Source of the DNA: Candidatus Saccharimonadota bacterium
GTDB taxonomy: Bacteria; Pseudomonadota; Alphaproteobacteria; Rickettsiales; Anaplasmataceae
Length of the DNA stretch: 32,000 nt
Assembly: GCA_029715105.1 (NCBI GenBank)
Contig: CP085695.1
Coordinates: 420,001-452,000, forward strand
Direction of reading: 5' to 3'
Part shown: positions 8,821-19,350 of the stretch, in pieces
How the letters are laid out: each line of letters opens with the position of its first letter
How positions within the stretch are numbered: position 1 is the first letter of the stretch
Program-made: the position numbers and the translations under genes
The notes under the pieces: model-generated
The model's database searches: none
What the model saw: the letters and a program-made list of their open reading frames with translations, nothing else
Told to the model about the DNA's origin: nothing

Positions 8821-9549
8821 TTAAATAAAAGCTTCAGTAAATAACATTTACATTAATCGTAAAATCAAAATAAAATCACTTAAATTTTAGTTAAAAGTCC
8901 TTCTATAAAAAAACTTTTGCACATAACTTATATAAAAACGTATTAGCCCCACCTCATAAACTAATTTTTAATATCCTTTAATAAAAAACTTATCTTCTCC
9001 CATTATAATAATGGGTAGGTCTTCTCTCCCTAGAGAAAAACTGTTTAATACGAATTATATATCAAAAACAATAGCACAATTTCTCTTAAAAATTTTATAT
9101 CAAAGAATAAATATTTTATATTCATCTATATTAATATACAAAGTGTTTGGTAAAATTCTATAGATTTTTACATCTTTTATCCACCCGTTCATGGAATATA
9201 TACTATTAACAAGTTTTGAAAGAGATATATATACAATAGGTTGCGTTCTATCTATTAGACTCAAAATATCATTTTCATTTGTAAATTTATTGCCAGTTAT
9301 GACTATTTTATCAATTGAAAATCCACTATCAAGCAATAAATCTGATATATATATCCTACACCGAGTAACACAATAATCAATTTTATTGAACGAATTATGG
9401 AATGTTATCAATATAATAATGAACATCATTATAATGATTAAAGTACATTTACACAAAAAACTTTTTCGACTTCTAACAAAATAATATTCATTTCTTGCAT
9501 CCTTAGGAGCTCTTAAGCCTTTACACTTATTGCAAACCATCATCAACAA
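8821..9549 (-). pseudogene. ftsQ: Cell division protein FtsQ: intact 149-aa N-terminal TM+POTRA part (9100..9549), then a C-terminal half broken by in-frame stops
   Basis: ORF 9100..9549 has a TM segment and a POTRA-like part (IDKIVITGNKFTNENDILSLI...WIKDVKIYRILPNTLYINIDEYK). It sits directly after ddl, as in dcw clusters. Continuing in the same frame: *YKIFKRNCAIVFDI*FVLNSFSLGREDLPIIIMGEDKFFIKGY*KLVYEVGLIRFYISYVQKFFYRRTFN*NLSDFILILRLM*. This still resembles the FtsQ beta domain (LP.l.G motif; RRW.l.l pattern). Confidence 0.55.
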
Positions 9550-10492
9550 TAGTTTTAATTAACTCGTCAAAGTTAATTCCCTTTATTAACTTCGCAATTC
9601 TTGGAAATACTGATAATTCAGTCAAACCAGGATGCGTATTAATTTCAAGCATTTTTAAAGAGTTATTATTGCAATTATAACGAAAATCTGAACGAGAAAC
9701 AGTTTTACATCCCAAAAATTTGTGAACTTTAAATGCACACTCTAAAGTTGCATTATATATAGTATCAGGAATACTAGTTGGAAATACATACTCTGCAAGT
9801 TCACTTGTATATTTAGCCTCATAATTATAAAACTTATTTTTTGATTTTATTTCTATAGTGCCAATTGCTTCATTTAGCAACACAGCTGTCTGTAATTCTA
9901 TACCAGGTATATATTCCTCTACAATCATTAAATCTTCTAAATAACTTTTTATTGTTTGAGAAATTGGAATATACTTCTCTCCATGATTATGTGTTGAAAT
10001 AGCACCAAACACCTTTTTAAATTTTAAGTAATCTTCATAAGAAAAAATTGCATGTATCCCGATGCTTGAACCTTCATTAATAGGTTTTAAAATATAAGGA
10101 TATCCAATATTAATTGTATTTTTTAATATATCTTCCTTATTGGTTACGTACCATTTCGGAGTATCAATATCGAGATATTGAAATATATGTTTGGACATCA
10201 CTTTATTCATAGCAATAGCTGAGGCCATAACTCCTGAGTGCGTATATCTCATACCTAAAATCTCCAATAAACCTTGAATACATCCGTCCTCACCATAGGG
10301 TCCATGTAAAGCAATAAAAATAAGATCTGGATTAACTTTTTTAAGCTTCTCAACAACGTTGTTATCAACATCTATTTTTATCACATTATATGAAAGTCTA
10401 TAAAGTGCTTTTTTTACTGCTTCTCCACTCATGATTGATATTTCTCTCTCACGGGAAAGTCCACCACTCAAAACTACTACAGTTGGAAACAT
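9527..10492 (-). CDS. ddl: D-alanine--D-alanine ligase
   Basis: VVVLSGGLSREREISIMSG, HGPYGEDGCIQGLLE, KPINEGSSIG and EINTHPGLT are the Ddl/ATP-grasp signatures. The ORF is full length at 321 aa. Confidence 0.9.
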   Translation of the reverse strand: MFPTVVVLSGGLSREREISIMSGEAVKKALYRLSYNVIKIDVDNNVVEKLKKVNPDLIFIALHGPYGEDGCIQGLLEILGMRYTHSGVMASAIAMNKVMSKHIFQYLDIDTPKWYVTNKEDILKNTINIGYPYILKPINEGSSIGIHAIFSYEDYLKFKKVFGAISTHNHGEKYIPISQTIKSYLEDLMIVEEYIPGIELQTAVLLNEAIGTIEIKSKNKFYNYEAKYTSELAEYVFPTSIPDTIYNATLECAFKVHKFLGCKTVSRSDFRYNCNNNSLKMLEINTHPGLTELSVFPRIAKLIKGINFDELIKTIVDDGLQ

Positions 10493-10949
10493 ATCACTTT
10501 AATAAAAGTATTATACCCTTTGTATTTTAATAAATTATATAAATAGAGAAAGAAATTATTCTAAAATTTTATAACTAATAAAAAGTTACTATTAAAATTT
10601 AATGAAAAATTGTTTGCTTATATATTATGTACAATATAAACAAATAATAAATTAATATTTTCACAGAGATTTTATATGTAAAGTAGCAGTTAACATTATT
10701 TTATAAAACTCAATATATAAAATTAATTACTTTTCAATGCACATATTTTCACACTATTTTGTTTCATATTTTATACATTTTATAAATGCACATGAAAAAT
10801 TTATATAGCAATTATTATCAAAATCAAACTTACTAAATTTAGATTTTATCTAAATCACGTTTAAGCTAATTTACTATCAACTATTTACTTCTTATAAAGA
10901 ATATGTTATTTAGTGATGTAGAGTTTTCAGTAGGTAATTGGAGGAAGTT

Positions 10950-11135
10950 TTGGCAGTTCCAAAAAGAAAAAAGTCGAAATCAAAACGTAACATGCATCGT
11001 TCTCATAACTTTATATATCCTAAAAATATTGTATTGTGCCCAACAACAGGAGAGTTTATGTTGTCCCATAGTATGGCAGTTGGTGGCACTTATAAGGGAA
11101 AAAGGGTTTTTATTAAACAACATTCAAATAATTAG
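10950..11135 (+). CDS. rpmF: 50S ribosomal protein L32
   Basis: (M)AVPKRKKSKSKRNMHRSH is the canonical L32 N-terminus. I prefer the TTG at 10950, with GGAGGA at 10940-10945, over the ORF-track start at 10938. Confidence 0.85.
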   Translation: MAVPKRKKSKSKRNMHRSHNFIYPKNIVLCPTTGEFMLSHSMAVGGTYKGKRVFIKQHSNN

Positions 11136-11147
11136 AGTACTAATGTA

Positions 11148-12182
11148 ATGTTATCTACAATTAACCATAATATAATTATAGCACTTGATGCCATGGGAGG
11201 TGATTTTGCACCACTTTCAGTAATTAAAGCTGCCAGTTTTTTTCTAGATAATCTTATAGATTCAAATACTAAAGTTTTTTTTCGTATCTATGGAGATCAA
11301 AAAGAAATATCTCCTTTACTCTCGCAATATAAAAAGGTAAGCAACAATTCTGAACTTATTCACTGCTCTGATAACATTCTTGAAAATGATAAACCATCTT
11401 TTGCTCTAAAACACCGCAAAAATTCAAGCATGAAGAGTGCCATTGAAGCGGTAAAAAGAGGTAAGGCATCTGGAATAATATCTTCTGGCAACACCGGAGC
11501 ATTAATGGCAATTTCTAGATTCATTTTAGGAACATTACCGAATATCTATCGTCCTGCTATCGCATCTATTTGTCCAACTAAAACAAAAAACTTTGTACTA
11601 CTTGATCTTGGTGCAAATGTTGATTGTAACGCTGATTCATTATTTCAATTTGCATTAATGGGAAATACTTTTGCAAAAATAGTATTAAAAATTGATAAGC
11701 CAGAAATTGCTTTATTAAATATTGGCACAGAAGAAGCTAAAGGTAATAATTCAGTACGTGGTGCATTTAAATTACTAAAAAATATTTCAGATATTAATTT
11801 TAAAGGACATGTGGAAGCAAGTGAATTTTTAGAAGGTAATGTAGATGTAATCGTTACCGATGGTTTTGTTGGTAATGTAATGCTTAAAACCGCTGAAGCA
11901 ACTGCTACTACTTTCATTAACCTAATAAAACAAGAAATATTCAGCTCATGGATAATAAAAATCCTTGTTAAAATGTCAAAACCAAAATTAAGTAAAACAC
12001 TAATGCATTTTAGCCCCAAAATCAGAAATGGTGCGGTGTTTTTAGGATTGAATGGTACTGTTATTAAGAGCCATGGAAATTCTGATGCTATTTCTTTTGC
12101 TCATGCTATAAAATTTGCAGTAAATGTTATCAATGAAAATTTAAATCAGAAAATAATTAGAGAGGTGGCTAACATTGAATAA
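11148..12182 (+). CDS. plsX: Phosphate acyltransferase PlsX
   Basis: IALDAMGGDFAP, SSGNTGALMA, DGFVGNVMLKT and IKSHGNSD motifs. The gene order rpmF-plsX-fabH is conserved. Confidence 0.9.
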   Translation: MLSTINHNIIIALDAMGGDFAPLSVIKAASFFLDNLIDSNTKVFFRIYGDQKEISPLLSQYKKVSNNSELIHCSDNILENDKPSFALKHRKNSSMKSAIEAVKRGKASGIISSGNTGALMAISRFILGTLPNIYRPAIASICPTKTKNFVLLDLGANVDCNADSLFQFALMGNTFAKIVLKIDKPEIALLNIGTEEAKGNNSVRGAFKLLKNISDINFKGHVEASEFLEGNVDVIVTDGFVGNVMLKTAEATATTFINLIKQEIFSSWIIKILVKMSKPKLSKTLMHFSPKIRNGAVFLGLNGTVIKSHGNSDAISFAHAIKFAVNVINENLNQKIIREVANIE

Positions 12183-13161
12183 AAGTTTTATATTGAGCAC
12201 CGGATCTTGCTTACCAAAAAAAATATTGAATAATCAGGAAATTGCACTAATGGTTAAAACAAGTGACGAATGGATTAGACAAAGAACTGGAATAACTCAG
12301 AGACACATAGCAGAAGAAGGAGAGTCGACATCAGATTTAGCTGTAAATGCTGCAAAAGATGCTATAGAAAAAGCTCAAATTTCAGTAGATGAGATCGGCC
12401 TAATTATAGTAGCAACAACGACACCAGATAAAACTTTTCCTAGTTGCGCAACTATTGTACAAGGTAAACTAAAATGCAAAAATGCATTTGCCTTTGATGT
12501 ACAAGCAGCATGTTCTGGTTTTATATATGCAATTACAATTGCTGACTCATTGATAAAAAATAATAATAAAATCAAATATGCATTAGTTATAGGTGCTGAA
12601 ATAATGTCTAGAATTGTTAATTGGAAAGACAGATCAACCTGTGTACTATTTGGGGATGGAGCTGGTTCTGTTATTATAAAATCTGTAACACATCATTGTA
12701 ATGAAAAAACAAATAGTTATTCTGAAAGAAGTATAATATCAGCTAATCTACATTCTGATGGAAATATAGATGTATTGTATACAAATGGAGGAGTATCTTC
12801 AACTGGAAATTCTGGAAAAATATGTATGAACGGAAGAGAATTATTTAGATATGCAATTGATAAGTTAGCAACTTCAATAGAAGAAACATTAAGATTCAAC
12901 AATTTAAAAATTACTGATGTCGACTGGATGATCCCACATCAAGCAAATATACGCATTACTGAAGCTATAGTTAAAAAATTAGACTTTCCAATAGAAAAAG
13001 TAGCTAATACTGTAGATCAACATGCAAATACTTCAGCAGCGTCAATTCCACTAGCACTAGATTACGCGATACAAAAATCAAGAATAAAACCGGATAGTCT
13101 TGGATTATTGACTGCAATAGGTGCAGGACTAACCTGGGGTTCTATACTACTACGCTACTAA
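12175..13161 (+). CDS. fabH: 3-oxoacyl-ACP synthase III
   Basis: The active-site context AACSGFIYA, plus PHQANIRI and GAGLTWGS, are typical of FabH. It overlaps the plsX stop by 8 nt. Confidence 0.9.
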   Translation: MNKSFILSTGSCLPKKILNNQEIALMVKTSDEWIRQRTGITQRHIAEEGESTSDLAVNAAKDAIEKAQISVDEIGLIIVATTTPDKTFPSCATIVQGKLKCKNAFAFDVQAACSGFIYAITIADSLIKNNNKIKYALVIGAEIMSRIVNWKDRSTCVLFGDGAGSVIIKSVTHHCNEKTNSYSERSIISANLHSDGNIDVLYTNGGVSSTGNSGKICMNGRELFRYAIDKLATSIEETLRFNNLKITDVDWMIPHQANIRITEAIVKKLDFPIEKVANTVDQHANTSAASIPLALDYAIQKSRIKPDSLGLLTAIGAGLTWGSILLRY

Positions 13162-13236
13162 TATTACACACCAACTAACTCTTAACTTTTATGCTAAATG
13201 CCAAACTCTACTCATCCTAAAATCAATTACTATTAA

Positions 13237-13608
13237 TTATTTTTTGCTTTCAATTTTTTCTATTAATTTTTTGACTAAACCTCTAAGTTTTCTACTAAAT
13301 TCGTCAAGATTCCGAATTTGCGAATCATCTTTCTTCATAAGCTCCTTATAATTACTCTTAATATAATCAATCATCTCTTTCATCTGGGTGATCATCTTAT
13401 CAATATCTATATTACCTAAACTAGGCGCAACGCTAGACATAACCGATTTATCTAGCATACCACCAGCCATAAGCTGTTGGGACATTTGCATAAACGGTTT
13501 CAAGGTTTGATTAAGCAATTCAGGATCCTTCGCTAGCTTTTCTATTTGTTCTTTGCAAGTATCCATATATTGCTTCATAAATTCATCACCTTGCATTTCA
13601 CATGCCAT
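13237..13608 (-). CDS. Hypothetical Met/Gln/Lys-rich alpha-helical protein
   Basis: 123 aa ORF with no TM segment and a predicted helical or coiled-coil character (…LKPFMQMSQQLMAGGML…KMITQMKEMIDYIKSNYKELMKK…LVKKLIEKIESKK). I recognise no family and the SD is weak. Confidence 0.45.
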   Translation of the reverse strand: MACEMQGDEFMKQYMDTCKEQIEKLAKDPELLNQTLKPFMQMSQQLMAGGMLDKSVMSSVAPSLGNIDIDKMITQMKEMIDYIKSNYKELMKKDDSQIRNLDEFSRKLRGLVKKLIEKIESKK

Positions 13609-13775
13609 AATTTTATACCTACTTTAAATACTCATCTCCTATATTGTATATAGTTCCTAAATTAAAAACAACATAAAATGCCCATATTTATCTTTTCATA
13701 TCTCCATATACCAGCTCTATTTATTAATACACTTATAAAATTAAAAAATTAGCTATTATTCTCTACAAAGCTACA

Positions 13776-15443
13776 CTACATATAAAGAGAACTACACATT
13801 TTCTTTAGCCATTTTTTATTTTTAATACTATCCTTCAAATTTTTATAAACAAATTGATGATAGCTATCTATCCAACTAATTTCATCTCTAGTAAGTATTC
13901 GTACATCAATTAATTTTTTATCATACGGGATAGAAGTTAATTGCTTAAAACTCAAAAAACCATTTTTTTGTTCTTTAATACACATCAGATTTTCAATCCT
14001 TATTCCATACATTCTTGGAATGTAATACCCAGGTTCATTAGAAAGTATCATTCCTGGAATAAGTTTTACATTATTTCCTTTTGATATTGCTTGCGGTCCT
14101 TCGTGTACAGATAGGTAACTTCCCACTCCGTGTCCTGTACTATGCATATAATCTATTCCAAGTTTCCACAAATGAATACGTGCTAAAATATCTAATTCTC
14201 CACCAGTAGTACCAAGGGGAAAAACAGCGTTTGCTAAAGCAATATGAGCCTTAAGTACTACTGTATAATAATTTATTTGTTCGTTTGTTGGATTCCCGAT
14301 TGCTATAGTTCTCGTAACATCAGTTGTACCATCAAGGTATTGGCCACCAGAATCAATTAAATATAGCCCATCCCTCTGAATTATTTTATTAGTCTGACTA
14401 TTTGCATTATAATGAATAATCGCTCCATTTTCATTAAATGCAGAAATTGTTGGAAAACTTGGTTGTTTGAACAAATACTGCTTCTTTCTATATTCTAAAA
14501 GTTTTTCCTCAGCATCAAGCTCTGTAATTTTGTTATTAATATTAGCTTCAAGCCAACATAGAAAATTTGTAACTGCAGCTCCATCACGGATATGTGCATT
14601 TATAGATCCGGTTACTTCAATTTGGTTTTTTACTGCTTTATAAAGCAAACAAGGATCTTCTCTTTCAATTATTTTTTTATCTTTGATCATACTTGCTGGA
14701 GTTATGGTAGGATCTATCATTATCAAGTCTAACTTGCACAAAAATTTTTCTAATTCACTAAGATCAAAAATATTTATATGACTTTCTATATTTGCCTCTA
14801 CACTTGAACAGTTTTTATTATGAACAAATAAATCAACATTACCATTCTTGTATAGAATAGCACGACCTAATACACATGGTGTATATTTAGCATTTTCATT
14901 TCTTAAATTTAATAACCATGAGATTGAATTCGGATCAGTTAAAAATACTGCATCTACTTTTTCATCTGAAATATTCTTAATAATTTTATTACATTTATTT
15001 CTGCTACTTTCACCAAACATATGTGAGACTATCTTTTGTTTCTTATAATCAACTTCTTTTCTTTTAAAAGGTACTAACTTACAAACATCCTTATATTTTC
15101 TTATCTCTTTAAGAGTAAGATATTGCAAATAATAACCTACTGAGACGGTTAATGTTAAATTTTCTTTTATCCACTCACTTGGATCATATTCTTGTACATC
15201 ATATATTTGGAAAGTATCTTGATCGAGCTGATCATAAGCTTGTATAATATAACGTATATCTGTGAAAAATGGACACTTATCATTTTTTGTAATAATAAGT
15301 AAACCATTCTCTCCGCTAAAACCACATAGCAGTTTTACTAAATTTTCTGAATACTCATTCAAATACTCATCCCTAGTATGCAAAATAAATGCATCAACAT
15401 TTATTTTGCGCATAAAAGCACGAAACTCCTGAAGTTTTAACAT
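13776..15443 (-). CDS. pepP: Xaa-Pro aminopeptidase (M24B, aminopeptidase P family)
   Basis: The C-terminal pita-bread fold has metal ligand contexts LIDSGGQYLDGTTDVTRT, HGVGSYLSVHEGP, SNEPGYY and GIRIENL. There are long creatinase-like N-terminal domains. Confidence 0.85.
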   Translation of the reverse strand: MLKLQEFRAFMRKINVDAFILHTRDEYLNEYSENLVKLLCGFSGENGLLIITKNDKCPFFTDIRYIIQAYDQLDQDTFQIYDVQEYDPSEWIKENLTLTVSVGYYLQYLTLKEIRKYKDVCKLVPFKRKEVDYKKQKIVSHMFGESSRNKCNKIIKNISDEKVDAVFLTDPNSISWLLNLRNENAKYTPCVLGRAILYKNGNVDLFVHNKNCSSVEANIESHINIFDLSELEKFLCKLDLIMIDPTITPASMIKDKKIIEREDPCLLYKAVKNQIEVTGSINAHIRDGAAVTNFLCWLEANINNKITELDAEEKLLEYRKKQYLFKQPSFPTISAFNENGAIIHYNANSQTNKIIQRDGLYLIDSGGQYLDGTTDVTRTIAIGNPTNEQINYYTVVLKAHIALANAVFPLGTTGGELDILARIHLWKLGIDYMHSTGHGVGSYLSVHEGPQAISKGNNVKLIPGMILSNEPGYYIPRMYGIRIENLMCIKEQKNGFLSFKQLTSIPYDKKLIDVRILTRDEISWIDSYHQFVYKNLKDSIKNKKWLKKMCSSLYM

Positions 15444-15465
15444 AAATTATTTGCCAAAACGGGCA

Positions 15466-17370
15466 TTACATTTTAATTTTTCTGTTTTTTAAATATATCA
15501 ATATACTGATTATTGCTGCTGGAGTGACTCCTTGTATTTGTCTTGCAATTTCTATTGTTGCTGGTTTTACTGTTTGCAATTTTTCAATTACTTCGCTCGA
15601 TAAACATTTAATCTGTGAATAATTAAAATTAATTGGAATTTGGGTATTAATTTTTTCACATAAGAATCTTATATCTGTTTCTTGTCTTGTTAAATAAGGC
15701 TTATATTTTGCTTCAATCGCAATAGCTTCACGTACATCATTTCTAATTGCATTATTCATTCCAATATTCTGATATGCCATTACGTTTAACTCCGGCCAAA
15801 TTTCTTGTAATTTATTCCAATTAATATTAGGATAACCAAGCAAATCCAATGCTGTTTTTTTTATTCCATCACAAGATACTTTTATATCATGAAATCTAAG
15901 CTGCTCAGGAGAAATTTTTAAATTCTCCAATTTATTTTTAAGTTGCTTAATCAATCTTAATTTACATTCTAAAGCGTAGTACCTTTCATGTGATACAAGA
16001 GAAATGTTATAACCTTTTTGTGTAAGCCTTCTATCTGCATTATCTGATCTAATTGCTAGCCTATATTCTGCACGTGAAGTAAATAATCTATATGGTTCTG
16101 TTACTCCTTTAGTAACTAAATCATCTATCATTACACCAATGTAAGAATCTGTACGTTGAAAAACAAAATTTTCTTTTCTTCCAGAAGCAGAAAGCGCTGA
16201 ATTAATCCCAGCAACAATACCTTGTCCTGCTGCTTCTTCATATCCTGTAGTACCATTAATTTGACCTGCAAAGTATAGACCTTTAATTTTCTTAGTTTCA
16301 AGAGTATGAAATAGTTCTTGTGGATCAATATAATCATATTCAACTATGTACCCAGGCTTTAACATTTTTGTACTCTCAAGTCCTTTAATACTATTTATCA
16401 TCTTACTTTGTATATCAATTGGTAACGAATTTGAAATCCCATTTGGATATATAACATTACTATTAAGTCCTTCTGGTTCTAAAAAAATCTGATGAGTATT
16501 TTTTTTTGAAAATTTTTTAATTTTAGTTTCGATAGATGGACAATATCTTGGCGCAACAACATTATATAAATACGACGAAGCTGATCTATGAAGATTCTCT
16601 TGAACTATTTTATGTGTATACTCATTAGTATGAGTAATGAAACATGAAACTTGAGGTTGATTAATTCTTTCTGTGAGATAGGAAAATGGTATAGGCGGAT
16701 CGTCGCCAACTTGTTCTTGTAATACTGTCCAATTTATGGTGTTACGATCTAGTCTAGGTGGAGTTCCAGTTCGAAGTCTACCCAATCTAAAATTGTATTT
16801 CTTAAGTATATTTGTAAGTCCTATTGCAGGTTTATCTCCAATTTTCCCTGAATTAATTTTCCTCTCTCCTATATGAATAACACCACATAAGAATGTTCCA
16901 GCAGTTAAAACTACTTTGCCAGTTAATATATGCTCCCCAGAGCTAGTTATCACAGCCTTAATATATGGTTTTTCACCATCATTATTTTCAATAAGAAAAT
17001 CACTGACCGACTCTTCTTTTATCGTTAAATTTTTATAATTTAGAATAATATCTTGCATCGCTATCTTATACAATTTTCGATCTGCCTGTGCGCGTGGTCC
17101 CCATACTGCTGCACCTCTACTACTGTTCAAAATAACTGAATGTATACTCGCTTGATCAATCGCCTTTCCCATTATGCCGTCCAAAGCATCTAATTCTCTA
17201 ACTACAACACCTTTCGCAACTCCTCCAATTGCTGGATTGCACGGCATTTCCCCTATAGTTGAAATTTTATGAGTTATAAGTAAAGTATTTGCGCCGAGGC
17301 GAGCAGCAGCTGAAGCTGCTTCACAACCCGCGTGACCCCCACCTACCACTACTACATCATACCTGTACAT
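15466..17370 (-). CDS. mnmG: tRNA uridine 5-carboxymethylaminomethyl modification enzyme MnmG (GidA)
   Basis: [19 protein letters not shown] motif, [36 protein letters not shown]. The ORF is full length at 634 aa. Confidence 0.95.
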   Translation of the reverse strand: MYRYDVVVVGGGHAGCEAASAAARLGANTLLITHKISTIGEMPCNPAIGGVAKGVVVRELDALDGIMGKAIDQASIHSVILNSSRGAAVWGPRAQADRKLYKIAMQDIILNYKNLTIKEESVSDFLIENNDGEKPYIKAVITSSGEHILTGKVVLTAGTFLCGVIHIGERKINSGKIGDKPAIGLTNILKKYNFRLGRLRTGTPPRLDRNTINWTVLQEQVGDDPPIPFSYLTERINQPQVSCFITHTNEYTHKIVQENLHRSASSYLYNVVAPRYCPSIETKIKKFSKKNTHQIFLEPEGLNSNVIYPNGISNSLPIDIQSKMINSIKGLESTKMLKPGYIVEYDYIDPQELFHTLETKKIKGLYFAGQINGTTGYEEAAGQGIVAGINSALSASGRKENFVFQRTDSYIGVMIDDLVTKGVTEPYRLFTSRAEYRLAIRSDNADRRLTQKGYNISLVSHERYYALECKLRLIKQLKNKLENLKISPEQLRFHDIKVSCDGIKKTALDLLGYPNINWNKLQEIWPELNVMAYQNIGMNNAIRNDVREAIAIEAKYKPYLTRQETDIRFLCEKINTQIPINFNYSQIKCLSSEVIEKLQTVKPATIEIARQIQGVTPAAIISILIYLKNRKIKM

Positions 17371-18031
17371 ATTTAATCAACACCTTTATTTTATGTTAAA
17401 ATACCTTTAAAAAGGATTAAAGCTTATTATATTGACGATTATAACACTGTTACAGGGGAAACATCATGTTTAATCAAACTCATTTTTATAAAACCCATAA
17501 TATCATTAAATGATACAACACCTAACATCTTGAATATATTAATTATGATAATTTATCATAAAATTTAGCAATATTAATATAATATATATACAATTTAGTA
17601 CACAAACACAATTCTCAATTACAAATTCAAGCTCTCAAAGCTATTTCTGCTCTTAAGAAATATAAAACGCACCTTCTCTATTACCATGTTTTATAACTTT
17701 ATTGATAACATAAAACTACATGTTAAATTTTAATATATAATATTATATATTTGTCTAATCTACTTAAAACAAAACCATTTCTTATAGTTATTATTGTCTA
17801 CTTTATCCTTATCATTATACATTACTATGACCCCCAATTAATTTACCAATTAAACACCTTTTCTTCCTACATGATAATAATCATCAAATTAATAAATAAA
17901 TCCTATCAATTTTAATTAAACACATTCATTCTATGATACCCCATATAATCAAATTATCGTTTATAAAATATATAAAATTCACTGGTATTATTTTACCAAA
18001 ATTAGCTCTTAATTTAAGTCATACATTTTTC

Positions 18032-18046
18032 AAAAAAAAAAAAAAA
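18032..18046. repeat. A15 homopolymer tract in the non-coding spacer
   Basis: Direct count: caaaaaaaaaaaaaaag. Confidence 0.9.
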
Positions 18047-18486
18047 GATCATTAATACTACTAATAGCTATTAATAGAAAAATTCTTCAATAAATCAAAA
18101 TATATCTCTCTCACTAACTGAAATCCTTATATGTAAGTCAGTAGATTACAATCTAACTCTTAAATAAAATATTTCAGATTTTATTGACTTAACATTTCTT
18201 TACTATTTTACTAATATCGCATAACAAACCCCTAACTAATCAAAATAAGCTTCACAATATTATGTCTCTAATCAATAATAGATTTTTATCTATAAAATTA
18301 CATTTATTCTAAAACGCCATATTATTATACCTATATAAAAACTTTATCTAATTAAGCTTAGTTATTATGTAACTATTTTTGTTAAAAGCTACTATGAACT
18401 ATTATGAAATATATAATAAATATGTCATATTATCATATAATATGGAACATTTTGTTAAGCTTCACTTTAAAATTTACGATCTTCAG

Positions 18487-19254
18487 ATGAAAAAATTTCT
18501 TAAAACTAATAAAAAAAGCTTTTGGCTATATGGAAAACACACATGTATATCTGCATTAAAAAATAAAAACAGGCGATGCTTAAAATTACTAATGACACAT
18601 AACTTCTATAAAAGGAATAAAAAAGAAATTGACCAATACATAAACAAAAAAAATGTTGAAGCTGAATTAATAAGGAACAAAGTACTTGATAACACTTTAC
18701 CAATTTATGTCAATCATCAAGGAATTGCTTTAAAAGTTCTTCCCATTTTTCAGAATCTGAATATTGAAAATATAGCAAATTCAAATAATAATTCTACTCT
18801 AGTAATTTTAGATCAAATCACTGATATAAACAATATAGGGTCAATTCTTAGAACATCAGTTTGTTTTAATGTTGATGCAATAGTTTTACCGTGTAATCAT
18901 TCACCAAATGAAAACGCATCCATCGCAAAAGTAGCAAGTGGAGCACTAGATATGATACCACTAATACGTGTCACAAATATAGTAAAAACCATGAAATACT
19001 TAAAAAAATTAGGCTATTGGTGCTACGGATTTGATAATAGCACTACTAAAAAATACATAAATGAAATAAATAATTTTGAAAAAAAGATAGCAATCATCTT
19101 CGGTTCTGAAGAGAAAGGTATGCGTCAATTAGTTAAAAAAAGTTGCGATTATCTTGTAAAGATTCCAATCTCAAATACAATTAACAGCTTAAACATCTCT
19201 AATGCAGTGGCAATAGGGTTATTCTATATATACCAAAGCATAATCAAAACATAA
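18487..19254 (+). CDS. SpoU/TrmH-family RNA 2'-O-methyltransferase (RlmB-like)
   Basis: LYGKHTCISALKN (SpoU substrate-binding N-domain), the NIGSILRT, GSEEKGMR and SLNISNA SPOUT motifs. The ATG at 18487 fits family length better than the TTG at 18379. Confidence 0.8.
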   Translation: MKKFLKTNKKSFWLYGKHTCISALKNKNRRCLKLLMTHNFYKRNKKEIDQYINKKNVEAELIRNKVLDNTLPIYVNHQGIALKVLPIFQNLNIENIANSNNNSTLVILDQITDINNIGSILRTSVCFNVDAIVLPCNHSPNENASIAKVASGALDMIPLIRVTNIVKTMKYLKKLGYWCYGFDNSTTKKYINEINNFEKKIAIIFGSEEKGMRQLVKKSCDYLVKIPISNTINSLNISNAVAIGLFYIYQSIIKT

Positions 19255-19350
19255 ATTTGCTACAATATAAAAATTAATTTATAACAAAACAATTTTGTAC
19301 TTGATAAAGATATAATATTATGATATACCTTTCCATAAAGGAGTGTTGTT

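Noticed and set aside
9100-9102. The TGA that ends the ftsQ ORF might be read as Trp (code 4) or otherwise recoded.
   Set aside because: The following in-frame stops are TAA. Other genes in the window, such as rpmG, terminate sensibly at TGA. Standard code 11 fits all the conserved genes.
10903-11148. 81-aa ORF overlapping rpmF in another frame.
   Set aside because: The rpmF frame carries the canonical L32 N-terminus and an SD. The overlapping frame has no recognisable features.
17371-18486. Replication origin next to gidA/mnmG, by analogy with E. coli oriC.
   Set aside because: I found only degenerate DnaA-box-like strings (for example TTATCCTTA at 17803-17811, TTATCTATA) and imperfect TTAA-N7/8-TTAA spacings. 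These are expected by chance in sequence this AT-rich. As far as I recall, origins proposed for Anaplasmataceae lie elsewhere (hemE region). No clustering supports an origin call.
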